From Schmidtea polychroa (Eukaryota): a stretch of 64,000 nucleotides of DNA. The stretch spans positions 189,534,001-189,598,000 of the forward strand of contig CM097885.1 in the NCBI GenBank assembly GCA_044892525.1, given 5' to 3'. A program made the translations under genes and the position numbers. Below are positions 1-12,080 of the stretch, in pieces. How positions within the stretch are numbered: the first letter of the stretch is position 1; each line of letters opens with the position of its first letter. Below the pieces are notes generated by a model that saw only the letters and a list, made by a program, of their open reading frames with translations, was not told the DNA's origin and searched no databases.

Positions 1-420
1 AAACATACTGTTTCTGCTCTGGGTGGTATGATAGTTGTATGATCTATATAAGCTGTATCATCGTTGTAAATTTTTCTCTTTTTACCTCGTGCTCGGATTA
101 ACAATCCAGATGCACAATCGAATACTACTCCTCGTAGTCTTTTTAGGATGTCCATACCCAATAGACATTCGGCTGGGAGACTTCTCATCACTATGATGTC
201 GTGATGGAGCTCTTGATCACATAGCTTAATCTGGCAAGATAATGATCCTATTACATTTAATGAGGATCCGTTTGCTCCTGTTAATTTTACTCCTGCTGGT
301 TTTAGCGACTGCAATTCATGATGGTTTAACAGTTTAGCTTCAATTATGGTACCATCTGCTCCTGAGTCTATCACCGCATTAACTGTATGTCGGTTCACTC
401 TTATTTTTATCATTGGCTTT
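1..420 (-). CDS. pol: Retropepsin aspartic protease and start of downstream Pol, in the same frame as Env
   Basis: VNAVIDSGADGTII (DSGA at 368-357), GANGSSLNVIG flap-like motif, ECLLGMDIL (164-144). No stop found between 3143 and base 1. Confidence 0.9.
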
Positions 421-1094
421 TTATCCAAATTCACTGGGTTATTGACCATCAAGATAGTATCGTGCGAGATGCCGACTGTATTGGCTCTCGTTTGTTCTGC
501 TTCCAGTAATTCAGGATCACTCAGTTGAGGATTATACTCTTTAAATTTAGCTTTAATTGAATCTAACGCTTCCTTTGGATAGTGCACTTTAGGTAATTCT
601 GGCAATGTTGAGCATGTCAAATTATTAAATATGGTATCTTCACCGATTTTCCATTGGTGTCGTCCTGTTCTGAGTGTTGTTTCCCTTGAATGTTCCCGCC
701 CTTCGTTTGGTGAGGATGGTAAACTCCTCAGAGTTTGCAATTGTACATATCTTGGGCTTCTCTTGAATCTGGGTGACCTTAAGTCGTATTTTTGGTCGGA
801 ACTGTCATATTCTCCTTCTGATGACTGTTTTTTCACGTAGATTTCCTTTGATTGGTCATATGGAGGAAGATATTCCTTAAATCTCGATTTTCTTTGTTGC
901 TGAATCGGTTTTTTGTTGTAGTTCTGTTTTCGTGATTGATTTGATCTTGAGGATGTTTCACGAGAGCCTCCATTACCTCCTCCCTTAGAATTGTTATCGT
1001 CCCGATAACTAGAATACTCCTCCATTTCTGTTCCAATTACTTCATGTTTGACCAAATGTTTCTGTCTAATTTCTTTAATTTCCTTTCTGTGATG

Positions 1095-2951
1095 TTTGAA
1101 TAATGCAAACTCTGCACACATAGGACATAGTCCTAATAGCAGTTTCCATGACCATCCTCCAATTTTGAATATGCTATATGTTGACATCAGTTGTGTAATT
1201 ATCAGCTTTAAAATTACAAATATTGCGTAAATTTCTGAACATCCCGCAACGAATATACCAAAATTGGTAAATCGTCCCCATATTTTCATCATTACGTTCT
1301 TTGCTGCTTCTTTATAGTGTTCCGGTCCAAATAATAGATTGTAATCTGGTCGTATTAAGCTATCATGATAAATTGTTCTTATAATTTGCGTGATACCTCT
1401 GTCTCTGATTTGTGGGAATAGCAATGTTCTACTTGCTTCCTCGATATCGTCGGGAGTGTAAATCCCTCCTTTTGCTAATTCGTCCAGTGACTTGAATTCC
1501 AGATTATCTTTTAGTTTAGTTACCTCCAAGGTCTCTACCCGTTGTGTAGATGGTTTTCTTTCCGGCAGGGATATCCACATGTCATTTATTTTGTATAATG
1601 GTGATATTGCCGGGTTGCATATAGCTGGTTGAGGTTTAGCGTTTTCCTCCAGTAACTTTCTGGTTACAGGCATAACAAATCTCAATTTTCCCTGGTAAGA
1701 CACTGGCAGTTCTAGAGTGCACTGATTAAATCTGGCTAATTGTACTTCCACTGGTTTACACTCATAGCTATATATAGCTTCCCCCATGATTCTGCCAAAC
1801 ATTCCGTCTTCCAATAACATTGGAGTAACCAACTCTGGGTTAACGATAGATCTATTTCTGACTATTTCACAATTTAACTTGCAATCGTTTAGTATCACCT
1901 CTTGATACATATCCTGCATTTGTCCTTGGAGGTCGTGATATAAATAATCTACTTTATTATTTATATAATTCGTGATTTTGATATCCTTTACGTGTAAGAC
2001 CTTAGAATTTCGAATATATTCTTTTGACAGGAAGATTCCTTTGTAGTTCGTCTCGTATACTCTTTTTCCACATTTAGTCTTTTTATCTTTTCGGACGAAT
2101 CGGATTGCTTCCGTCTTGTCTTCCGATATCAACACTAGAGGTGTGTTTTCTTCTCCGATATCTTCCTTCTCTTGTTTGTTGATTTTCTTCAACATTTTTG
2201 CTTTATCCCAAACCTTTTCTGGATTCTGGGAGTCCCGATATTTAGTTCCATTTAATTTTCTAAAAGGAATTTTCTTGAGGAAAGCCAACTCACAATGATC
2301 TCTCATTTGTTCGTAAATTAATGTAGTGGTTCCCGTTTTACAACTACCGAACTTGGCATTGCATTGTGGATGTGCCATCAATTTTCCTGTGGCCACATCG
2401 AATGTTCCCTCGTATTCTCGTAGCTCTACTGAGTAATCTTCTATGTCTACCACATAGGAAACTAAATTGCTGCAGCGAATTTTCTTTCTTCCTTCGCAGG
2501 TTCCATCTGAGGCAATTGTTCCTCCTCGGGTGATTGTTATTCCCAATGTTTTCCCAATTTCTGCTGAGATTGAGACCTCGTTGTCTATCCTCACACTTCC
2601 TTTTCGAAATGCATCTAAGCAATCTTCGGGCATTATGTTTACCGGCCTTGGTATTAATGTTGCGGATAGAAAAGCAGAATAGCTATTACTACCGTAATAA
2701 TATTCGAACGTAGCTCTCTGAACTCTACATTCCTTTATCGTGGTTCTATAAAATTCACTCTCTTGGTAGACGTAATATTCTACTTTTTCCCCTTGATGAA
2801 CCTTCTCGGGATACGCCTCTTTGCACTCAATTGCATCTACTAGCGAATATACCCGAGATAGTTTAGGATTTCCACAGTCAAATACTGCTAATGAATTTGT
2901 TTGTTTTAATATGCTCATCATTACTAGGAACATCAGGATCATGCTTGTCAT
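1095..2951 (-). CDS. env: Env-like glycoprotein, chuvirus G / herpesvirus gB-like (class III fusion) type
   Basis: Signal-like MTSMILMFLVMMSIL, then LAVFDCG...VYSLVDAIEC, KCGKRVYETNY, YINNKVDYLY, GEAIYSYECKPVEV, QCTLELPVSY, ELAKGGIYTPDD, then hydrophobic FGIFVAG...IFVILKLII. The Cys spacing and motifs match chuvirus-type glycoproteins as I recall them. Confidence 0.8.
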
Positions 2952-3143
2952 GTTTCCTGTGCCTGAACTACCATTATTTATGGCCTCTTCCACGACTTCA
3001 TATCGTGGTTTTGGAATCGTTTCCTTTTCCCAAAATTTGTTTACAGTCATCCATACCTCCAGGTAATAATCTACCATTTCGACTATTTGATCGATCTCTC
3101 GTTCTATAAGCCTTTTATCATCCCCTACTCGGGCTAAGGCATT

Positions 3144-4663
3144 TTAAATTAACAATGATAGTGATGTTATCACTTTCCCTCTGGTTAATCCTTGCTGTAC
3201 GAATGCTTCTATGGCATCCTGAATATCTCCTGTTGATACATCTTTGGATACTCTGTCCATTGTCTTCTTGACCTCATTCGTTATTTTCTTTACCTCTATC
3301 CCCTTGATTTTTGGAATTCTCCATTCGGGCCTGATAATCCCGATCATTTGTTGTATACGTTGCCACAATAACGACCTTGCTGACGTTGTCTCATCTTCTG
3401 CCTGGTCGTCCATTTCTTGGGCTATCCCTGCTAATGTTTTTAACTGAATTTTCCGAATCGTTTCCGGATTTAACTGCTCCTTGGGTGGAGGTTTCATTTG
3501 ATCCTTTCTAGGACGTCCTCGTCCATCTTTTTTCACTTTCTCCGGGGGTTTTCAATCTCCGGATTTGTTATAGCTTGTGACGTAGTGGCTCCTACGTTTG
3601 TTTCTTCTGGATTTAATCTGACGTACTCTGAGAAGTAATCTTCCTCATCAATGTCCACCATTTGACAGGGATTAATTTCCTCTAGTCTTATTTCCTCGAT
3701 TTCTTCCGCAATATCGTTTGTTATATCTGGCAGTCTCATTAATGACCACTGAGACTCGGGTGGAGTTACTGGGATGATCATTACCGTGGTTGTTGCCAAC
3801 GGTAGACAACCCACATCCACTAGATATTCATCATCATCCACTTGCCTGCCATGGACCATTATCAGGAATATACCTGTAGTTTTATCGGTGGCAATTACAT
3901 CTCTCCTCAATATTTTAACCTTGATATAACAATTATAAATCATTGTTAATGGTTCTTTTCCCATCATTCGCACGTCTAGATTAATGTTGCCTTGTCTATC
4001 AGGCTGACTTCGGATGGCTTTCCCATCTTTCCTCATCAGCGCTTCAATTTGCGTCTGGAATGGGCTTGTTTCCTTTACTACTGGTAGTATAAGTGGAATT
4101 ATTGCTTCCAACAAATCTACTGGTATTCGTAATACTAACATCCAGTCAAGCATTTCCTTTATAGTTTCTCCATCTCGTGGAGATTTCTGCAGTTCCAACC
4201 CTAGTCGCTGGGTTAATTGTTGAGTTTCCTCCAATCTCTCGATTTCCATCTGAGTAATCAAGAATACGCTATCTTGATCCATTACTGCCACTGGCTTCTG
4301 TGCTCTTTTTGCCGTGAGCTTTGTCACTCTACCTGGGAGTATCCCGTTCTGTAGAAGTGTTTGATTTGCTTCTAGTTTTGTTCCACATAAGTATAAGTCA
4401 TATCCTTGATGCTTAATACTTGTCAGTGTTTCAGTTAATTTATGGGCTCGACTTCTTACATTTATATCGAGATTATATTCTTTATCCTGAGGGAGTTTTA
4501 TATTGAGTTGGGCATCTTGGAGATCCCATTCATGTTCCAGGAGTTTTCCTAATTTCCTTAGGATTTTGTACGTGTCGTTATGATACTTTGGATCATCTTC
4601 GACCTGCGATATCAGTTTTACTACTGTATCGATTTCGTGAACTTTAATTTCTGTTTCTCCCAA
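3144..4663 (-). CDS. Unknown polyprotein region between Gag and Env (two ORF pieces, 4663-3533 and 3536-3144)
   Basis: 376-aa and 130-aa ORFs each overlap the previous ORF in the -1 frame. The second contains AT-hook-like GRGRPRK and is in frame with the Env-protease ORF across a single TAA. Confidence 0.7.
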
Positions 4664-5994
4664 TTTCCCAATTGTCTGGCCAGCTTCTGCTGGTATTCAT
4701 ATCTGGTATCTACCAGTTTTAAACACTTTGTTAGGGTATCTGACCCTTCTTTTACCTTTGCTTTCCCTGGCAAGGTTACATCGAACTCGCTTAGTATAGT
4801 GGCCATACTAGGTTCATCATCGGAACTCTCCTCTGATTCCGTTTCCTGAAGGTCCTCTCTAACGGAGTCCTTTTTTCTGAGAAATTCGTCTCTTCCAACT
4901 TCTACCATAAAGATGGTACCTTCTTGGTCGGTCAATCTAGCCAACCTATTCTTTTCCTCCTGGATTTCCATTTCCAGTTGTTGCAGATAAGTTAATCCTT
5001 GATCCTGGTTAACCATAAAAGTCGTTTTAGGCTTATTCACATTACCCTTATCGGTATTTTTATTGAACTGACTCGTGTTTCCACTCTGGTTCTGAGGACA
5101 TGACCTCATCATATGTCCAAATTTCCCACATCCGTGACATTTTATCTTTCCTGATGAATTTACATCATCTCTTTTAATTGTACTAAAATTATTGCTGTTC
5201 TGAGGACTTCTAGTCTTGCAGACCGCAGCAACATGTCCCTTACGTTTACATTTTTCGCATTGCAAATTTTGTACTCTACAATTTTCCGCCCCGTGGTTAT
5301 TCCGTCCACATTTGGTACATTGTATACTTTTACGATTGTCCATACTTTTCCTGCTAGTACAATCTTTCGCTATATGCCCTTTTCTATGGCAATTGAAACA
5401 CTCTACCGGTGTTCTCTCACTGTTTACAAGGAACATGGTTGACTTTTCCAAGCTGCTTTCAATTACGACAGCTTTCCGTGTCAATTCGTCAAAATCATCA
5501 CTAGTATGTAATATTAGAGCGTTCCTCATTGTAGGAGTAAGTCCTGCCCATAGCTGATCCTTAACTAACAATTCTGTTGGCTTTGCCCATGTGGTTTTTG
5601 GTCCAAATGCTCTTTCAGCAATTAATGATAGCTGGTGTGCAAATTCCCCCACATGTTCATTGGCATTTTGTTTTCGATGATAAAATTGTTGTCTAAATAT
5701 CCTTCCCGCATCTCCGGGCAATATTCGAGCAGTCATTTGTTCTCTCATTTCGGCCCAAGTTTTTGGTGCTTGAGCAACTGGTAATGCCATTATATCATTA
5801 TATTTTTCTCTGGCCAGCCCCTTCAAATATATAGGTAACCTTTGTATCATGATATTATCTGGATAAGCATACGCTTTGGCCATCTGATAATATTCGGACA
5901 TAAACTCTGGAAACTCTCCCGGATCGCCGCTGAATGCCTTTACGGGCAGAGCGGGTTATCTGGCAAATGCATTTACATTAGCTTCCTCTGCCAT
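4621..5994 (-). CDS. gag: Gag (capsid-like region plus four CCHC zinc knuckles), premature TAA at 5956-5958
   Basis: FSGDPGEFPEF N-terminal motif; CFNCHRKGHIAKDC, CTKCGRNNHGAENC, CEKCKRKGHVAAVC, CHGCGKFGHMMRSC; in-frame ATG at 5994 upstream of the stop. Confidence 0.9.
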
Positions 5995-6072
5995 TTGATT
6001 ATCCAGTTTTACTCTGGCTCTAGTTCCTAACGCTATTTTGTTTTATTTCAATATCTACCCGCTGATAATTTT

Positions 6073-6090
6073 ATCACGTCGGGCTCACCA
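6073..6090 (-). promoter_or_regulatory. Primer binding site complementary to tRNA-Trp 3' end
   Basis: Minus strand TGGTGAGCCCGACGTGAT. Plus strand atcacgtcgggctcacca matches the animal tRNA-Trp 3' end (ATCACGTCGGGGTCACCA, from memory) at 17/18. Confidence 0.85.
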
Positions 6091-6093
6091 AAA

Positions 6094-6427
6094 TGTTAGG
6101 TTCGATAGGTAGGTAGTCGAACTAACACAAAAAATCTGACTCCAAATAAATAATTTATGCGTGTAGGTAATAAATAAGAAATATGATTTAAAACGTTTAT
6201 TAACAATAAAATTTACACGATTGTTTATTTTTGTACAAATAAATCACGCTGCTCTCTAAAGGAAAGAAAACGGTTATACAAACCGTCCTGAAGAGTATTT
6301 CTAAGAATCAAGGCTGGCCCTAAATGCGCCAACAGCCCGATATAGGTGAACGGAAAAGAGATAGGGAAGTTTACCAAATTTTTACGCGATGGAGTTAACC
6401 CAGAAATTGGTTAACTCTTTTTCAACA
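6094..6427 (-). repeat. Putative 5' LTR of the env-bearing element
   Basis: Ends in ...AACA 3 nt before the PBS. Distal end TGTTGAA at ~6427 gives TGTT...AACA termini but is approximate because the second LTR is outside the window. Confidence 0.6.
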
Positions 6428-7689
6428 AATATTAATAGCGAAACAACACAAAAATACGTGCTGACGCTATGGTTTCCCTTATTTAAGTTTAATTTAATTT
6501 AAACAAATAAGTCTTTTATGCAAATATTTGATAATTATTTAAATAATTGATAAAACTAACTAATTTGATCTCTTTCTAAAATGGCTCCAAAGAATATTAA
6601 ACTCAATTCACGAATATTCAAAATTAATTCCTATTGATCGGTATATCTAATATCACTTGAAATTCTCCAATCGGATTGAAGTTTTTGAATGAAGTAAAAT
6701 TCCAATTAATTTTCTCTCGCTCGATGAACTTCTGACTATATTTAAATTCCTAAATTAGTTTTATTTCAGAATCGGATTGATTTTTTCTATCTAAATTTAG
6801 CTCCTGTGGTTTTTTCTTAAATTCACTTATCTCGATTTCGTCCTCCTCGATCAATGAAATTTTTCTGGTATTTATATGACTTTAGTTATATCAAATCTAT
6901 TAATAGTAATTATTAATTACTATTTTTATTGTATATTTATTTTTAGTAATTATTTATTACTTTTTATATTTTAGTCCTAATTTTATTTAGTTTTAGTAAT
7001 TATTTATTACTTAAACCCAAACTTTTGATTCTGGTTCCTACTATCGAAAATAAATGTTTTTGTTATTTGGTGAGAGCAAATCAATAAAATATTTAAGGAT
7101 AATCACAAATTTTTTTGTCGATCTGTTTTACGTTCAATAACAAATTGACTTTATACAATTAATCTATTGATTTTTTGAAAATTTTTATTTTTATTTGTAA
7201 ATTTGAATATATATCATCCATAATATCACAAGAATGGCAGTCAAATATACATAACATGTCATTGTCACATTCCTGTTGCGAAAATATCAGGTTCTAATTG
7301 TGTTCTAAACTCAAACCTCAATTAACAAATAGTTTGAATAAAAATTATTACAAGCTACTTAATAATAGTCAATACAGTAAGACTGTGGAAAATTTAAAGA
7401 AAAGAATGAAAAAATTGTTCGAGGTATGGCATTACGATCTACTATTCTTGCAGTCATCATTTAAAATATTGCCTTCCATTTTTAGGTCATTTCTTAGTTT
7501 GAATGTAAAATCTTTTAGATCAAATATTAGCAAATTTTAATTTGCATCTTCTAAATATTCTTTCTATTTTTGAAACCTATCACTTTTCTTGTGAGTTTAA
7601 TAAGTTATTATATTTATATGAAATTGAATATTAACACATAAAGTATTATTTAATGGACTAACGCATGACAATGGCGATATATATCTACT

Positions 7690-8330
7690 AAAGAAAACCC
7701 AGCTGACTTAATATCCCAGGGAATTACCGCACAGGAACTGATGGAAAGCTTACCATGGTGGTTGAGTCCGTTATTTCTTCAGAAAGAATAAGGAATGTGG
7801 CCCACAAGAAAGACTCTTGAATACGAGAAAAAGGATAAAGCAGAAACAGAAGAACTAAAACAAATGAAACCAAAAGAGAATAAATTAGCTATATTTTGCG
7901 AAGTTATGAAATCTAACATAACACAAAAGAAAGTTGATTGTTTCGAGGTAACAACGTTTTCTTCAAGGATAAGACTCGTACGTGTTCAAACTTGGGTAAA
8001 AATTTAAAACTAAAGGAAGATAAACGGAAAAGAGGATAGCTGGATCTTGAAAAATTGGAGACAGTAAGGATGAAAATCATTCGGAATGAACAAAATAAAC
8101 TTTTAAACTTTTAAAAGGAAATTCAGAAGATCACAAAAGGAGAAGCAATTGATCGAAAAAGTTTTGTTGTGAGATACTCGCCAATTTTAGATAGTGAAGG
8201 CGTGTTTCGTAGTAACAGTCAAATTCGAATAAATTGTTTTGGTATTGACAAAAAGAATGAGTATGAAAAATGGCCGATTAGGAGAATCATGGGAAGCGAA
8301 ATTTTATGCAATAGAAAAGAAATTACAAGG
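7690..8330 (+). mobile_element. BEL/Pao pol fragment (end of RNase H and linker), degenerate
   Basis: KENPADLISQGITAQELMESLPWWLSP, FSSRIRLVRVQTWV, SPILDSEGVFRSNSQI resemble the BEL/Pao NPAD..SRG, FSS...L.RV..W and LD..G.LRV motifs. Confidence 0.75.
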
Positions 8331-8797
8331 CCTGTGGTAAAAATGATTATTTTCGATTCGGAAGAAGACAGCGGGTGAGGTCTTTGAGTATTACTTCTTG
8401 ATTTTGCTAACAAATTACAACTTCTAAATGAATGACCTTCTTTACCGCATATTGTCTTCAACCGACACTCTAATCGTATATGATCACTTTTCCACAACAA
8501 AAGCATTGACAAGGTCTTAACCTTTCTTCTGCTGGCTCAGGTAAACCACAACATCTATTATAAACCTTTCTCACGATATGTTTCATTAAAACTAATGGTG
8601 GTAGTCTATGATCCGTAGTTGTCCTTTCATTTTATTGTTCTGCCACAGGTTTCACTTTATCAATTTATCTTTCGTTTCTTTCATTTCTATATTGATAATT
8701 TTTTTCTGGTTGACGACTTGAATATATTCTGTTATCAAAAGATGATTTTTGAGTCCACTGCTTCTGCTTATCTTGAGCAACGTTTGCATATGTTGAT

Positions 8798-9360
8798 TTA
8801 GCTACTGCCTGAACTTCTTCCAATCGTTCTTTTTATCATAACCTTCTTATTTTTTCGGCCTCTATCTGTTAAAATACTCTTCGGTTTTCCAAATCGATAG
8901 ATCCAACTATTAAGTATTGTTTTGAAAATGGTCCCTTCGTCTTGCTTTGTGATTGCAGTTAAAGAAATCAGTTTGCTAAAACGGTCCACCATTACTACCA
9001 TATATTTTTTATGGCGTTTATTTCCATGTAAGCCACATCTATAACAATCTGTTCTAGGAATTTAGCGCTATATCTAGGAATAAATGTTTCCTTGGTTCTT
9101 GTCTGATCGATCTTTCTCTTAGCGCAGATCTCGCAACATCGTAAACAGAGTTGGATTGTTTCTTGCATTTTCGGCCAATAAAACATCTTTTCCATATAAT
9201 GAAATAATTTCTTAACTCCAATGTGACATAATTCTTCATGTAGGGTTGTTGTTATCATCTGCCCTCCCTCAGTCACGCTAGCGTATGTTCTTTGACCGAT
9301 TGCTTTAATAAATTCCATTTTATTGTTTCCATTTTTGTTACTTTCAAAAATTTTTGCCAA
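8798..9360 (-). mobile_element. Ty3/Gypsy integrase fragment (H2C2 zinc domain and core), frameshifted
   Basis: LHEELCHIGVKKLFHYMEKMFYWPKM...CEIC; IVIDVAYM; VDRFSK...YRFGKPKSILTDRG. Confidence 0.9.
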
Positions 9361-9503
9361 TGATCTCGTTTCTTCAATTTTTGTTTTTGGTTTCGTCTAT
9401 AGTATCTCCGTCAGTCTCGCATTGCGTGCTTTATTTGCGATGAGGTCTTGAACAATATCTTCTTCTGATCGTCTTGAATATACAACTTCAGCTAAAGCTT
9501 TCC

Positions 9504-9980
9504 TTATCTGTATCTCAAAATTACAAACGTTTCATCATCTTCCTGTTCCATAGCTGCCAATTCTCTGATTTTGTCAGTTATTGATTTTGTAATTGTGAAC
9601 GTCTGTAAGAACCACACTTTGACTTTCACATCTGTCGTTTCTGTTTCTCTGACGTTTCCCCAGAATGTCTTTGCTTCTGCCACTAATAGCACATCAAAAG
9701 TGCTTGTCAATCGCTGTCCATTTGTCAGCAACAATTCTTCTATATCCCTTATCCATTCTTCGGCTTCTTTAAAACCTCGTCCATCATATCGTCTGATGTT
9801 CAGTGTGAGCATGTCTTGGCATGATTTCGGTAGGCATTCCATTAGCGATTTTGTCGATTTCGAAATGGCGTTGATATTTTGATTTTCGGCGTGGTCGCTA
9901 GTTAAATCCTTCTTTAAATTTCGCAGCAAAAATCTTGAAACTAACAATATATATTTAATCAAAGAATTTATAAATAACAT
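9504..9980 (-). mobile_element. Ty3/Gypsy gag fragment
   Basis: RYDGRGFKEAEEWIRDIE...EAKTFW...MEQEDDETF resembles retrotransposon Gag; lies upstream of the integrase fragment. Confidence 0.7.
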
Positions 9981-10728
9981 GTTTTAATTTTTTCACAAAA
10001 ACCGCCAATTCCAAATTATTTAAACAAAAAAATATCTAACTATAACAAATAGAGTATATTTAAATATTTAAAATCTAACGTGTCCTTTCTATTATTAAAA
10101 CAACTATAATTAATAAACATTAATAAACATTAATTATTGAACATCATTCTACTATGTCAAGATCAAGGTTAACAGAGTTATAGAAACAAAATAAATTACC
10201 AACCAAAACACAGCATAAACTGTAATTATGATCATTTAATATATGTAGATGAGTCAATCTGCACTAAAGACAAATGGACAAATTACAAAGTATAATAAAT
10301 TGAAACAGATATTAAATAAATCGAAATTATAATTTAATAATATAAATAATTTATATTCCATAATTAAATATCATTCTAATCATTGTTGTTAAAATACATT
10401 GAATGCATTATTTACCTAGTTACTGTTTAATTAGAAATTTACTGTCCTAATAATTAAAGAAACATTTTTACTTTAAATGTTTTAAAATTTTTTTAATGAT
10501 TTTAAACGTTTGTGGAAGGAATTAATTTTAATAAGTAGGGTTTTTTAACATAAATTTTTTAATATACGAATGGTCGATATCATAGTATGAATTTTTTAAA
10601 GTTTGGTCAGCACAGATGTCCTACTGTCAGCAAACGGTTAAGTGATTTATTTTTCAAATATTTTGTATTGAATTAGCGAAAAACAATTTTGATTAATTTA
10701 ATGTAAATAATTTTGCAATTTAGATTAA

Positions 10729-12080
10729 ATGTCAAAAATAAATGAAAACTTGAATAAAATTTCCCAGTTGCTTTCAGAGCACAAATTTATGATTGTCAGT
10801 GATATAGCTGACGAATACAAATGTGGAATTTGCAAAGGAATTATCAACAATGCCCATCAAATAATATGCGGATGTAATTTTTGTATGGAATGTATTAATC
10901 AATATATTGGCAATGGCGGGGCTAAATGTCCAGCATGCCAATATGAAAATGTATTAGAGATTTCAAAACATCACAAATTGAACTTACAAATTTCTACAAT
11001 TACCGTGAGATCTCCAATTAAAAATTGCAATCATGAATGCCAGCTCACAGAAATGGACGAGCATTTGAGATTATACTCAAAAAGAAATGTGGAATGCCCG
11101 TTTTGCGGTATTGGCTGTCAGTTGAAGGATATAAGCTGGGATAAGTTGAATAAGCATTCCATCTCTAATATTGACAACTACAACAATATGAGAAAAGATG
11201 AGGCAATTGAATCATTGAGAAATAAAATCAATGCGATAAAGGCAAATCAAATATCTGATTGATTTATTAATAACTGGCATAATTCAGCAAGAAAATCGAG
11301 AGCTGAAAACCATGATGAGAAATAGTAATAATAATTTGTGGATCAAATTGGATCAGATGGATATCGAGATAAATGACAGGTGCAGAAATGATACGGTCAA
11401 ATCGATAAATGAGCAAATTGAATCTGTGAGAGTAAAATAATTGATTGAATTGATCTGATTCAAATCAATCAATTGGAATTGGAACAGCAAATGAAAATTA
11501 TCGACAGAAAATGCCAAGTGAGAATTGAGAGAATTTGATTATTGTTGATGATAAATTGATCTCAGGAATTGAATGGAAATGTGCAAATCATTCACCAGGT
11601 GAAGGCTGACAGTGATATGATGGCGAAGGCAATGAAGGGTGAAATGGATAAACTGACAAGGGAAATAAATCGAATCAATAAATTCCTGAAAATGCGCCTT
11701 GATGGGGAGTTCCTGTTGTCAATCGGTAAAATCAATGAAATGCAATGGATGTGCAGTGATTCATTCTATAATCTCCAGAATCCATATCCAATGCAATTGG
11801 GGTTGATTAATGCAGCTGATAAATTGAATGTTCAGTTATGGATTCATTCTGCTGCATTTGATGATGATTTGCAATGGCCAATGAAGGCAGAAATAAATAT
11901 TTATATTAGATCATTAAATAATCAACAATCAAAATCATTGGCAAATCACTAACAATCAAAAAACCAGCAGATAAATCACATGAACGAAGTGATGCATTAT
12001 CATTTACCCATGCAGATCTGAAAACATTACAAATGCTTGATAATAATTGTTCACTTCTTTGTTCTGTTAAATTTAAATAA
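10729..12080 (+). pseudogene. TRAF-like (RING, zf-TRAF, coiled coil, MATH) probable pseudogene
   Basis: RING CGICKGIINNAHQIICGCNFCMEC...KCPAC; zf-TRAF-like segment; MATH-like SDSFYN...AFDDDLQWPMK, ending CSVKFK-stop at 12080. Several stops and frameshifts; no clear introns. Confidence 0.75.

Larger units (their letters stand above)
1..6427 (-). mobile_element. Ty3/Gypsy-like LTR retroelement with env-like gene; 5' part only, continues past window start
   Basis: Order on minus strand: LTR, tRNA-Trp PBS, Gag with CCHC knuckles, unknown region, class III fusion-like glycoprotein with TM segment, aspartic protease (VIDSGA...LLGMDIL, then TIIPPRAET as in Gypsy Pol). Two in-frame stops and two frame changes indicate a damaged copy. 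Confidence 0.9.

Noticed and set aside
346-3447. Many short plus-strand and alternate-frame ORFs over the env element
   Set aside because: Shadow ORFs of the long stop-free minus-strand frame.
6094-6427. Link between the env element LTR and the AT-hook repeat family
   Set aside because: Both encode GRPRK motifs, but I see no shared nucleotide sequence, so no relationship can be claimed.
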